Of a DNA stretch of 41,232 nt, positions 1 through 7,225 are shown in pieces. The position numbers and the translations under genes were made by a program. This DNA comes from a virus. Below the pieces are notes generated by a model. The model was not told where the DNA came from. It was given only the letters and a program-made list of their open reading frames with translations, and ran no database searches. The DNA lies in the IMG/VR virus record IMGVR_UViG_3300025875_000058, positions 1 to 41,232 of that record; one strand, 5' to 3'. The first letter of the stretch is position 1; each line of letters begins with the position of its first letter.

Positions 1-127
1 CACGTCCACGTACTTGGGCTGGATGCCGTGCTTGCGCAGGATGTCGATGGAGGTCTCGTCTGACGTGTCCCGGCGCTGCGTGCCGTGTGGATCGCAGAAG
101 TCGGTCCATTCCTGAATCTCCGGGAAC
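1..127. repeat. Terminal overlap copy 1 (identical to 41106..41232)
   Basis: Bases 1-127 (cacgtccacgtacttgggc...cctgaatctccgggaac) recur base-for-base at 41106-41232. This is the usual signature of a circular contig left with an assembler k-mer overlap. Confidence 0.95.
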
Positions 128-1191
128 TGGAGGGCGCTCCGCTGCTTCACCTTGCGGATGAAGCTGGGTAAGCCCTCGTTCTCTCCCAGCTCGGCGGCGA
201 GGAAGTTCACACGCCCGTTGGCGAGCTGCTGAGCCCACACGCAGGCGGGTCTGCGGCGACCGAAGTCCCAGCCTCGGATGCCCCGGCGTCCCGGCAGCAC
301 TTTGAAGTCGTCCACGTGGAGACTTTGCCTGAACTCAGGGAAGACTCCCTGCCCAGCCGGGTCAGGTCCGCACTCGCCTTCAATCATGCGGATCTTCATC
401 TCGGGGCTCATGTTCTCCGAGATGGTCTCGTAGTACCCCGGTGGCAGGTTGGCCTCGTTCTCCTTGGGGAGGGGCTTGAACTTGGTGCCCCAGGTGACCG
501 GGGCTCCATCAGATTCCCCACAGAAGTTCTGGTGGAGCCAGTGCGCCCGGTTCACCGGGTTGCTCACCCCGTTGAGGAAAAAGGGTCCCTCGGCCCGGTC
601 CTGGTCGGGCCTCCTGTGACGTAGCCGCTGGTCCAGGGTCTCAGCCATGGGCTTGTCGATCTCGCTGTACTCATCCACGGCGATGCCATTGAACTCGGTA
701 CTACCCAACTTGCCGATGTCGTCAAGTCCGTTGAAGACGATCTCACTGGGCTCCATAGGACTGCCATCGGGATACGCTCGGGCACTGGCAATCCAGATCT
801 TGTGGGGTGGGCCTTCATACTTGTCCACGATGATGTTGGGACCGAGCCGTTCCAGGCACTCGTAGAACCGCTTCATCGTGGTCTCTTGCAGGGTCCAGTA
901 CGTCCACCGTGCGACGAGCCAGCGGCTCCCCGGGTAGAGCATCGCAGGGATGATGACGCTGGCACACAGGCTCGATGTCTTCGCGCAGCCGACCGGGCCG
1001 ACGTACCACTTGCGGCGGATGGGGCTGAAGATGAACTCCCGCTGGGTGGGGAGGAGGACGGACCGGGCGCTGTCTCCGCTCACGACCAGCCGAGCGAGCC
1101 CTTCGAGGTCCAGTACCTTCGACTCCTGCTGCTCTCCAACGCGGGCGTTCCTGGCTGCCCTGCGGACCTTCTCTACTCTACTGATTCGCAC
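1..1191 (-). CDS. terL: Terminase large subunit, N-terminal/ATPase part (continues in frame into 41232..40806 across the circular junction)
   Basis: The ORF has no stop before the window edge, so it is missing from the ORF track. My minus-strand translation from GTG 1191 gives VRISRVEKVRRAARNARVGEQQES...FSPIRRKWYVGPVGCAKTSSL (Walker A at about 960-1020)...FNGIAVDEYSE (Walker B at about 661-699)...DFCDPHGTQRRDTSDETSIDILRKHGIQPKYVDVGIENG. A stop lies upstream at 1237-1239. Joined length is about 496 aa. Confidence 0.9.
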   Translation of the reverse strand, partial: MRISRVEKVRRAARNARVGEQQESKVLDLEGLARLVVSGDSARSVLLPTQREFIFSPIRRKWYVGPVGCAKTSSLCASVIIPAMLYPGSRWLVARWTYWTLQETTMKRFYECLERLGPNIIVDKYEGPPHKIWIASARAYPDGSPMEPSEIVFNGLDDIGKLGSTEFNGIAVDEYSEIDKPMAETLDQRLRHRRPDQDRAEGPFFLNGVSNPVNRAHWLHQNFCGESDGAPVTWGTKFKPLPKENEANLPPGYYETISENMSPEMKIRMIEGECGPDPAGQGVFPEFRQSLHVDDFKVLPGRRGIRGWDFGRRRPACVWAQQLANGRVNFLAAELGENEGLPSFIRKVKQRSALQFPEIQEWTDFCDPHGTQRRDTSDETSIDILRKHGIQPKYVDV

Positions 1192-1241
1192 TTGTGCACC
1201 ACCCGGTGGGGAGACGTAACTATCTCCCCACCGAGACTACA

Positions 1242-1997
1242 TCACTTGGCCTTCTGCTCTTCCTCTTCCAGCTGCTCGACCGACTTGGCTCCCTGGGGGA
1301 GCATCACGTCTTCCACCTTGGGATCAACGCGGGGAGCACCCTTGTCGCTCCACTCGATGTTGAGCCGGATGCGCTGGTTGTCCTGCACGTCCAGGTCCTT
1401 CACGGCCATCGCCGCGAGCTGGAACCCCAGCGCGTACTTATCCCCATCCTCGTTGGACGGACCTCCGCTGTTCGCTTCCTCGATGCCCTTCTGGATGCGC
1501 TTCTTGCTACCCACCAGCATGACGGCGCGCGGGAAGAACTTGGCCTCCTGCTCACCGACTACTCCACCCGGAGGGGTCACTGCCTTGAACTCCTGGGTCT
1601 CCTGCTTCTCCGCGTCGGAGCTTCCCGGCTGGTAGCGGATGGCAGGCGAGGGAGGGGTGGGCAGGGGCTCACCCTCCTTGATGGGAGTCTGGTCCCCCAC
1701 TTCCTGCTCCTTCGTATGGACTGTTGACGAGATCGGCGTCCCGAAGTTGGAAGGCTGGTCTCGCGGGTCTGCGTTCGCGCTCACCGGGTCCTTGAACTTC
1801 TCCGGCTCCCTGTACCCGTTCTCCTTCTGCTGCTCCGTCACGGGCACCGTCTCTTCTGCTTTGGTCTCGGGATTCGTGGTCGGTCGCGTGTCCTCCGAGC
1901 CTTCCCCAGCTGGAGGGTTCGTCTCCTGCGGCTCTTCCTGCTGACCCTGAATCGAGGATGCGCGGGTCTCTTCGGCCTGCTTGGGCTTCTTGGACAT
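1242..1997 (-). CDS. Hypothetical protein with an acidic, disordered N-terminal half, located between TerS and TerL
   Basis: High G/C3 frame throughout. ATG at 1997 is preceded by AAGGAG with a 6-nt spacer; an alternative ATG is at 2024. MSKKPKQAEETRASS...EPLPTPPSPAIRYQ...GDKYALGFQLAAMAVKDLDVQDNQRIRLNIEWSD. No family recognised. Confidence 0.75.
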   Translation of the reverse strand: MSKKPKQAEETRASSIQGQQEEPQETNPPAGEGSEDTRPTTNPETKAEETVPVTEQQKENGYREPEKFKDPVSANADPRDQPSNFGTPISSTVHTKEQEVGDQTPIKEGEPLPTPPSPAIRYQPGSSDAEKQETQEFKAVTPPGGVVGEQEAKFFPRAVMLVGSKKRIQKGIEEANSGGPSNEDGDKYALGFQLAAMAVKDLDVQDNQRIRLNIEWSDKGAPRVDPKVEDVMLPQGAKSVEQLEEEEQKAK

Positions 1998-2691
1998 GAA
2001 CAACTCCTTGAGTGATTTGAGCATCGTAGGGGGTGTTGCCCCCGATGTTCACGATAGTCACGGGACCTCGGTAATCGGGGGTTGCTTCGGGCTTCCTGGT
2101 GAATCCAGCACGGTCCAGCAACTCCTGCGTGGCTGCGTCACGTGAGGCCCTGCTGCCGAAGCGCATCTCGGCGATGCGCATCTCCAGGGCGTAGGGGGCC
2201 ACCTGCTCGCTCCGCACGCGCAGGTACTCCTTGGCTCCCAGCTTGGCGAGGTCAGGCGGCGGAGGCAGCGCTGGGAGGCCGTAGAACGCCTCCCGTGCGC
2301 TGTTGGCACCCCGGGCCTTCAGCAGCTCCAGGGCCTCCTCCGTCTGCGCCAGGGCCTCTGCATCCGTGTCCAGGCCCTCCCCTGGCTCCGCGACAACTCT
2401 CCCCTCCAGGCCACGCGGTAGGAGCCGCATCTCCTTCTCGTGGGCCAGCTCTGGATGCCGGTCGCGCTGAGCCGGTCCGTAGTCCTCCATCTCCTTGAGC
2501 CCCTCGGGCTTCTTCGCCGGGTCGACGCAGTGCATGGGGGAGCAGCGCCCCCAGACTGTCCTGTGCGGCAGGTGATGCCGCTCAGGGCAGAGCATGAACT
2601 GGGGCGCGCGCCTCACCTGCGCCTCGTGAGCGACGCGCGCTGGGGGGAAGAGGCTTGGCAAGTCCTTCTTGTTGTGGCCCCCGGATGGCAT
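1669..2691 (-). CDS. terS: Terminase small subunit-like protein. The convincing coding part is about 2030..2691; the last 118 codons look out of frame.
   Basis: Lies upstream of terL. N-terminus MPSGGHNKKD and C-proximal RDAATQELLDRAGFTRKPE resemble Terminase_2-type small subunits. G/C3 bias is high down to ...VNIGGNTPY (about 2030), then collapses. Confidence 0.65.
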   Translation of the reverse strand: MPSGGHNKKDLPSLFPPARVAHEAQVRRAPQFMLCPERHHLPHRTVWGRCSPMHCVDPAKKPEGLKEMEDYGPAQRDRHPELAHEKEMRLLPRGLEGRVVAEPGEGLDTDAEALAQTEEALELLKARGANSAREAFYGLPALPPPPDLAKLGAKEYLRVRSEQVAPYALEMRIAEMRFGSRASRDAATQELLDRAGFTRKPEATPDYRGPVTIVNIGGNTPYDAQITQGVVHVQEAQAGRRDPRILDSGSAGRAAGDEPSSWGRLGGHATDHESRDQSRRDGARDGAAEGERVQGAGEVQGPGERERRPARPAFQLRDADLVNSPYEGAGSGGPDSHQGG

Positions 2692-3198
2692 CTAGCTGAT
2701 CTCCGCTGACACTTCCATCACCGCAGACTGAACGTGGTCGAGTACCTTGTTCAGCCGGATGTTCTCCGCTGCCAGCACGTCCCGCTCCTTCTCCGCGTCC
2801 ATCTGCTCGCGAACCAGTTCTTCCTGCCGGTTCTTCAGCTCGCGCACCTCCTCACCGCTGAGCCAGCCCGCCTCCCTGAGCGAGTTGACGAACTTCATCC
2901 GCAGCGCCAGCGCGTAGGGGTTGAGGTTCCCGTCCGTCTTGTCACTCAGCGCCTGCTCGATGTCGTTCTCCAGCCCTCGAAGCTTCTTCTCCATCTCCTC
3001 ACGTGTCTGCATGTACAGGTGCTCAGTGATGGTCGCAGGCTTCAACTGAGCTGAACCCGGCAGCGGTTGCGGAGGAACGTAGCTCTCCCCTGCGAGCAGC
3101 CATCTCATGCGCCACTTCTCCAACGCATCGAGGCGCTCCCGCACCTCAGCCAATGCGATCTGACAGTCACTCCTCAACTCCACATTCACTCTTCCCAT
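2692..3198 (-). CDS. Coiled-coil protein, function unknown (possible tail fibre accessory)
   Basis: I chose the ATG at 3198 (MGRVNVELRSDCQIALAEVRERLDALEKW...) because the longer ORF (to 3411) overlaps the tail fibre gene in a junk-like frame. Heptad-rich and E/K/R/L-rich. Stop TAG at 2692-2694 abuts the TerS ATG at 2691. Confidence 0.7.
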   Translation of the reverse strand: MGRVNVELRSDCQIALAEVRERLDALEKWRMRWLLAGESYVPPQPLPGSAQLKPATITEHLYMQTREEMEKKLRGLENDIEQALSDKTDGNLNPYALALRMKFVNSLREAGWLSGEEVRELKNRQEELVREQMDAEKERDVLAAENIRLNKVLDHVQSAVMEVSAEIS

Positions 3199-3212
3199 GT
3201 TCCGTTCCGATC

Positions 3213-5576
3213 TTACTGCGGTGTGATGGGGACCTTGAGCTTGATGTCCGGCAGGCGGTTCTGGAACCGCATCCGCTCTGCGAAGGCCAACCGGCTCAGC
3301 AACATCCCTTGAGTCTGCTTCTCTGCTGCCGCGTACTCCTTGCTGTTGAGGTAGTCCTCGTAGTGCGCCCAGCAGAACTGGAGCTTCGCGAGGATATCTG
3401 CACGGCTGCACGCGATACAGTACAGCGGCTCGAGTGCGATCAAAAGAGGCTTCAGGAGGAACATCGGCCCCTCCAGCCCGTTCATCTTCGGGTCCCCGAA
3501 CGGGCCGTCCTCGTAGCGGTTGTAGAAGGACGGCGCGATGACCACCCAGTCCACCGGGATTTCAGGCACCGGGTCTTCAGGCGGGACGATGACCACCGGG
3601 TCAACGTTCGTACCCAGCGCGGTGACGCCGAAGTTCTGGATGCTGAAGGCACCAACGCCGCTGACCGGCAGCTCACCGATGAGGCGTGGGTCGCTGTTCC
3701 AGACGTTGAAGTCCTCGTGGAGGATGGTCTGGGGCGGAGACTGCGAGGTCTTGTTCCGATACCACCCGAGCTTCCAGTAGGTGGTCCCGTCCACGTCCAT
3801 GTTGTTGTGGTACAGGCGCGGCATCACCAGCGTGCCGTCCACCCACAGCTCCTGGAAGCCCACGGTCATGCTCTGTGACCACTTGATGTGGAGGAGGAAG
3901 TGCTGCCAGAAGCCGCGCTGGAGCTTGGTGGTGTAGCGGTACGCGCGCCATCCCTCACCGATGGAGTCGTAGTACCCGTTCATCACGGAGAAGTGCAGAC
4001 TGTCCGTGTTCTTCACGATGAAGGAGATCGGCGGACCACCATTACCGAGATCTAACGTCTGATGCGCCTGTGAAAACACACTCCATCCGTCGTTGGTCTT
4101 GAAGTCCGCGGGGAACTTGGAACTCCAGGAGATCCACACGTCATCTCCCTCATAGAAGTACCCGACGTTCGTCTTCCCTCCTGCTGCGCCCGTGGCCTTG
4201 GCGACGAACTCCGCACGGGCCCCGTTCGAGTGGAGGTCTCCGTACTTCACCGTGAAGGCCGTGGAGCCCTTCCCTCGGTTGTAGACCTCATCCCGCCGCG
4301 TGGTGATGCGCGGCACTCCATCGCTGAGCACCAGCGGGCTGCCGCCCGTGTCGGGCGTGCGCGTGCCGTACTGCACCGTCCACTGCTTGGCCTGCTGCAC
4401 GCTGTCTTCGCCGTCGCCTGCCCAGCGGCGCTTCGCGGCGTAGTTGATTTCGGGGTAGGAGACGCGCGCGCGCAGGTCCCGGTCTCCCGCTTCCGGCCAG
4501 ATGCCCGTGGCCTGGGTAGGGGTGGCCGTGAACGTCCAACTCTCATTCGCGGTGGGGTAGTCGAAGCGGAGCACGGACAGAGCCACGTCGTCCGGCGTGG
4601 CCGACATCGTGAGTCCCCCCGCCCCCACGCCGGTGAGCGTCACAGGCGCATCGGGGAAGGCGAACTTGCGCGCCTGGATGTTGACCTTGGAGGGCGTGGG
4701 CAGCCCATCCGGAGTGGGCACAGCTCCCTCGTACCCGTAGAGCCAGACGCTGCTTCCCATCGAGACGAGGTGAGTGCGCGGGAACACGTCGGTGATGCTG
4801 CTCGCGATGTTGACCGTGCAGCAGCAGGCCACGTCCTCCACCGTGGGCAGCGCGACACGGACGTAGCCTCCACCGAGGTCCACAATCTGCGGCGTGACCT
4901 TCACCCCGTTCCGGTTGCGGCGGAACTCCGGGTAGGTGGCGAAGGTCAGAGCCCCCTCGAAGGGCGCCCCGGCCTCTCCGTTGTTGTTCTTGGTGAAGCG
5001 GATGACCTTGGCCGTGTACCCGTCAGGGATGGCAGGGAGGACGGGCAGGGCGTTGTCTCCCGCCCGCGGGTAGACCTGGATGCCTGCGGTGTTCGAGCCG
5101 ATGTTCCACTCGTACCCGGTGGTCCCAGGCAAGGGCGCACGCACCACGGTGAAGAGGACGTTCCCGCTTCCATCCGTGATGGAGCCTCCACCTCCCGCGG
5201 TGAGGGTCGTCACTAGCCCCGTGGTGGCATCCCGTGCGGAGATGGTGGCAGCACTTGGGCCGATGTTGACGTTGGGGGTGCCGTCGTCCGCGGTGCTCCC
5301 GTAGCCCCAGACGAAGGGGCCATCGCAGACCAGCTGCGCGCGGGGGTAGACGTCCACGACTGCCGGGTCGATGTAGACGAGGTAGGCCCCTCCGACCGTG
5401 CTGGTCGAGGGAATGTTGACCTCGACCACACCCCCGCCCAGGTCCGTCACCGTCGTGGTGCCCGAGATGCTGGCACCTGCACTGCTCTGGGCGTACTTGA
5501 GCGCGGTGCCGAAGGTGAGGGCGCCTGTGAAGGGACTCCCATCCTTCTTGGTAAAACGAATAGTTTTGATTCCCAT
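3213..5576 (-). CDS. Tail fibre/tailspike with an internally duplicated N-terminal domain and a polysaccharide-lyase-like (jelly-roll, PF14099-type) depolymerase domain
   Basis: 787 aa. Two paralogous modules: IKTIRFTKKDGSPFTGALTFGTA...DLGGGVVEVNIPS...VDVYPRAQLV and AKVIRFTKNNNGEAGAPFEGALTFATY...DLGGGYVRVALPT...TDVFPRTHLV. Lyase-like block: GARAEFV...GDDVWISWSSKFPADF...WSVFSQAHQ...ISFIV...LHFSV...WQHFLLHIKWSQ...GFQELWVDGTLV...TYWKLGWYRN. Confidence 0.7.
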   Translation of the reverse strand: MGIKTIRFTKKDGSPFTGALTFGTALKYAQSSAGASISGTTTVTDLGGGVVEVNIPSTSTVGGAYLVYIDPAVVDVYPRAQLVCDGPFVWGYGSTADDGTPNVNIGPSAATISARDATTGLVTTLTAGGGGSITDGSGNVLFTVVRAPLPGTTGYEWNIGSNTAGIQVYPRAGDNALPVLPAIPDGYTAKVIRFTKNNNGEAGAPFEGALTFATYPEFRRNRNGVKVTPQIVDLGGGYVRVALPTVEDVACCCTVNIASSITDVFPRTHLVSMGSSVWLYGYEGAVPTPDGLPTPSKVNIQARKFAFPDAPVTLTGVGAGGLTMSATPDDVALSVLRFDYPTANESWTFTATPTQATGIWPEAGDRDLRARVSYPEINYAAKRRWAGDGEDSVQQAKQWTVQYGTRTPDTGGSPLVLSDGVPRITTRRDEVYNRGKGSTAFTVKYGDLHSNGARAEFVAKATGAAGGKTNVGYFYEGDDVWISWSSKFPADFKTNDGWSVFSQAHQTLDLGNGGPPISFIVKNTDSLHFSVMNGYYDSIGEGWRAYRYTTKLQRGFWQHFLLHIKWSQSMTVGFQELWVDGTLVMPRLYHNNMDVDGTTYWKLGWYRNKTSQSPPQTILHEDFNVWNSDPRLIGELPVSGVGAFSIQNFGVTALGTNVDPVVIVPPEDPVPEIPVDWVVIAPSFYNRYEDGPFGDPKMNGLEGPMFLLKPLLIALEPLYCIACSRADILAKLQFCWAHYEDYLNSKEYAAAEKQTQGMLLSRLAFAERMRFQNRLPDIKLKVPITPQ

Positions 5577-5584
5577 ATAGATGA

Positions 5585-5624
5585 TCTCCCCAGACGTGAC
5601 GGTTATCTGACCGCGCTGGGGAGA
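5585..5624 (-). promoter_or_regulatory. 9-bp stem hairpin sequestering the tail fibre ribosome-binding site
   Basis: tctccccag (5585-5593) and ctggggaga (5616-5624) are perfect inverted repeats. On the minus-strand mRNA the 3' arm CUGGGGAGA is the SD, 8 nt before the ATG at 5576. Confidence 0.6.
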
Positions 5625-5641
5625 CTCTATCTCGGGTCCAG

Positions 5642-5935
5642 CTACTTCCGCGTCAACAGGTCGCGTCCGTCAGTGCATCCCGCGCAGCCCTCGCTGAAGG
5701 TGTGGTTCCGGTTGATAGCGTGGAACAGGTGCAGCCGCGTGTCCTCCAGCTGGGATTTCAGACGCACGTTGTGCTCGTGAGCCTCGCTGCACAGGTCGAG
5801 CATCTTGGTCAGCCGCGTCACCTCGGTGCGTGCTTCGTCTCGGTCGTGCCTCAGCTGGACGAGCGCACATTCTGGATCGTCGTCGAAGTGCTCGTCACAG
5901 GCGCAGTCGTAGGTGTCCGCCTCCAGTGCGCTCAC
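5642..5935 (-). CDS. Hypothetical Cys-containing small protein
   Basis: GTG start at 5935 with GGAGG 6 nt upstream, and a GTGA overlap with the stop of the HTH gene. 97 aa with N-terminal DCACDEH and C-terminal GCAGC motifs. Confidence 0.65.
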   Translation of the reverse strand: MSALEADTYDCACDEHFDDDPECALVQLRHDRDEARTEVTRLTKMLDLCSEAHEHNVRLKSQLEDTRLHLFHAINRNHTFSEGCAGCTDGRDLLTRK

Positions 5936-6330
5936 AGCTCACCTCCCTCGGCAAAGCCACCGCCGCTTCCCCCCACTTCCTGCTTCAACTTGCGGATCTC
6001 GTCGCTCTGCCGCGAGTGCATCACCGCGAGGAACGAACGCGCCGCAGGCAGGGCCAGCCAAGACTCCATGGGCACAACACCCTTGGAGACCCGCTCTATC
6101 TCCCAGGCACAGGCCAAAGTCGGGACCGTCTCGCCCCTGGCCCAGCCGGTGACGGACTTGATGTCGCTACCCAAGGCCCTGCTGAAGCTACTCAGGCTGA
6201 TCTTATTGGTGGTCAAGTAAATCCCCAATGGAGATGCGTCGTTCGTCCCCATCGCCTGGGGGGGCTTCGCTTCGACTGATTCCCTCGGCAGTCGTCCCGG
6301 TGCAGCTTGTGGCTTCGTCTTGGGGGGCAT
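5932..6330 (-). CDS. Cro/YdaS-like helix-turn-helix DNA-binding protein
   Basis: LTTNKISLSSFSRALGSDIKSVTGWARGETVPTLACAWEIERVSKGVVPMESW resembles Cro/YdaS-type HTH proteins. Start is ATG 6330, with an alternative at 6252. Confidence 0.65.
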   Translation of the reverse strand: MPPKTKPQAAPGRLPRESVEAKPPQAMGTNDASPLGIYLTTNKISLSSFSRALGSDIKSVTGWARGETVPTLACAWEIERVSKGVVPMESWLALPAARSFLAVMHSRQSDEIRKLKQEVGGSGGGFAEGGEL

Positions 6331-6541
6331 GCTTTACGATCTCTTTCTTCTCTCGGAGAATCAAGGTGATGTCACAGTGGAGGTAGAGCTTCAGTCCGTC
6401 CTGGATGCGGTCGCTGAAACCCACCTCCAGCATGATGGCGTCCATGAGCCGTCGAGGGCAGTGCAGCGTCATCTGGCACCCGCTGATGCCCTGCTCCGCG
6501 AGGGTTCTGCTCCAGTCGACCAGCGATCTATATAGCGGCAT
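6203..6541 (-). CDS. Hypothetical protein
   Basis: ATG at 6541 (MPLYRSLVDWSRTLAEQGISGCQ...). The longer ORF to 6667 would overlap the upstream gene. The 3' end overlaps the HTH gene by 128 nt in another frame, so the true extent is uncertain. Confidence 0.5.
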   Translation of the reverse strand: MPLYRSLVDWSRTLAEQGISGCQMTLHCPRRLMDAIMLEVGFSDRIQDGLKLYLHCDITLILREKKEIVKHAPQDEATSCTGTTAEGISRSEAPPGDGDERRISIGDLLDHQ

Positions 6542-6570
6542 GGAGTTGGGTCTACCGAAGAGGGAGCCCA

Positions 6571-7110
6571 CTACTCGTCGACCTCGCCTACGTAGTGAGC
6601 GCCATACATGGTCTTGATGTGCTGATAGACCTTCTTCCCGATGGGCTTGTCCTGTGCATCGGTCCATCCGAGCTTCTGCAAGATGTCGAGGATCTTCTCT
6701 GCTCCATCCTCGGGCGACAGCGCCCTATGGTGCGTGGGCAGGGGCTGCCGGTATTTCGGGTCGTCCTGCTTCCACAGGTCCTCTTCTTTCCATCGCGCTT
6801 CCATGATGATGGTCTTGCGCTTGAACCCACCCAGGATCGACTGCAATACGCTGCACGTCAGGTAGGGCCGGTTCCGACTGAGCGCCACCAGCTTCGCCTT
6901 GAAGGGCGCACGCTCCGCAGCGGTCATCGCGTTCGCGAGGTTCATCTCCCCGAAGGCTTTGAGTGCTGCCTCCTCTGCCTTCTTCCTCGTGGTGGCTATC
7001 CCGGTCGCCACCACATTCCGGAAGCGCTTCAGCTCCCAGAAGACCCCAGGCTTCCCGTCCATCTCCATGTCCTTGAACTTCAGGGTCTGCCCCATGCCGC
7101 CGATTTTCAC
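6571..7110 (-). CDS. Hypothetical protein, first gene of the leftward operon
   Basis: 179 aa. GTG start at 7110 or ATG at 7095. Good G/C3 bias. No family recognised. Confidence 0.7.
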   Translation of the reverse strand: MKIGGMGQTLKFKDMEMDGKPGVFWELKRFRNVVATGIATTRKKAEEAALKAFGEMNLANAMTAAERAPFKAKLVALSRNRPYLTCSVLQSILGGFKRKTIIMEARWKEEDLWKQDDPKYRQPLPTHHRALSPEDGAEKILDILQKLGWTDAQDKPIGKKVYQHIKTMYGAHYVGEVDE

Positions 7111-7164
7111 TGTGCGCTCGCTCTCTGGAAAAGAGCCTCCCCTTTGAACAGGAGGGCTCTGCTA

Positions 7165-7189
7165 GGAGCCCCCCCTGAAGGGGGGCTCC
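7165..7189 (-). promoter_or_regulatory. Perfect 10-bp GC hairpin at the predicted 5' end of the leftward transcript
   Basis: GGAGCCCCCC (7165-7174) ctgaa GGGGGGCTCC (7180-7189). It lies just downstream of the leftward promoter and upstream of the 7110 start. No U tract. Confidence 0.6.
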
Positions 7190-7195
7190 AATGAG

Positions 7196-7225
7196 CTTAT
7201 AGCTCTATATAAAGAAAGAGGTCAA
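7196..7225 (-). promoter_or_regulatory. Sigma70-like leftward promoter
   Basis: The minus strand reads TTGACC (7225-7220), an 18-nt A/T-rich spacer, then TATAAG (7201-7196). This is the only strongly A/T-rich patch upstream of the 7110 gene. Confidence 0.55.

Noticed and set aside
1-127. 127-bp end repeat as a biological direct terminal repeat
   Set aside because: It lies inside the terL coding sequence and restores a continuous reading frame when the ends are joined. That fits an assembly overlap of a circular or circularly permuted sequence rather than phage termini.
2692-3411. Full-length 239-aa version of ORF 2692..3411, and likewise the long versions of 25236..25802, 36504..37784, 15453..16433, 10051..10467, 8754..9401, 9398..9847, 23152..23736, 23577..23993 and 24115..24483
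   Set aside because: The 5' extensions overlap the preceding gene in a low-bias, junk-like frame. Internal starts with an SD or with stop/start coupling give the compact, non-overlapping gene layout seen elsewhere in the genome.
5932-6330. Cro/CI-like HTH as evidence for a temperate lifestyle
   Set aside because: I recognised no integrase, excisionase, ParAB or long CI-type repressor anywhere in the 41 kb. A single small HTH protein is equally compatible with a lytic early/late switch.
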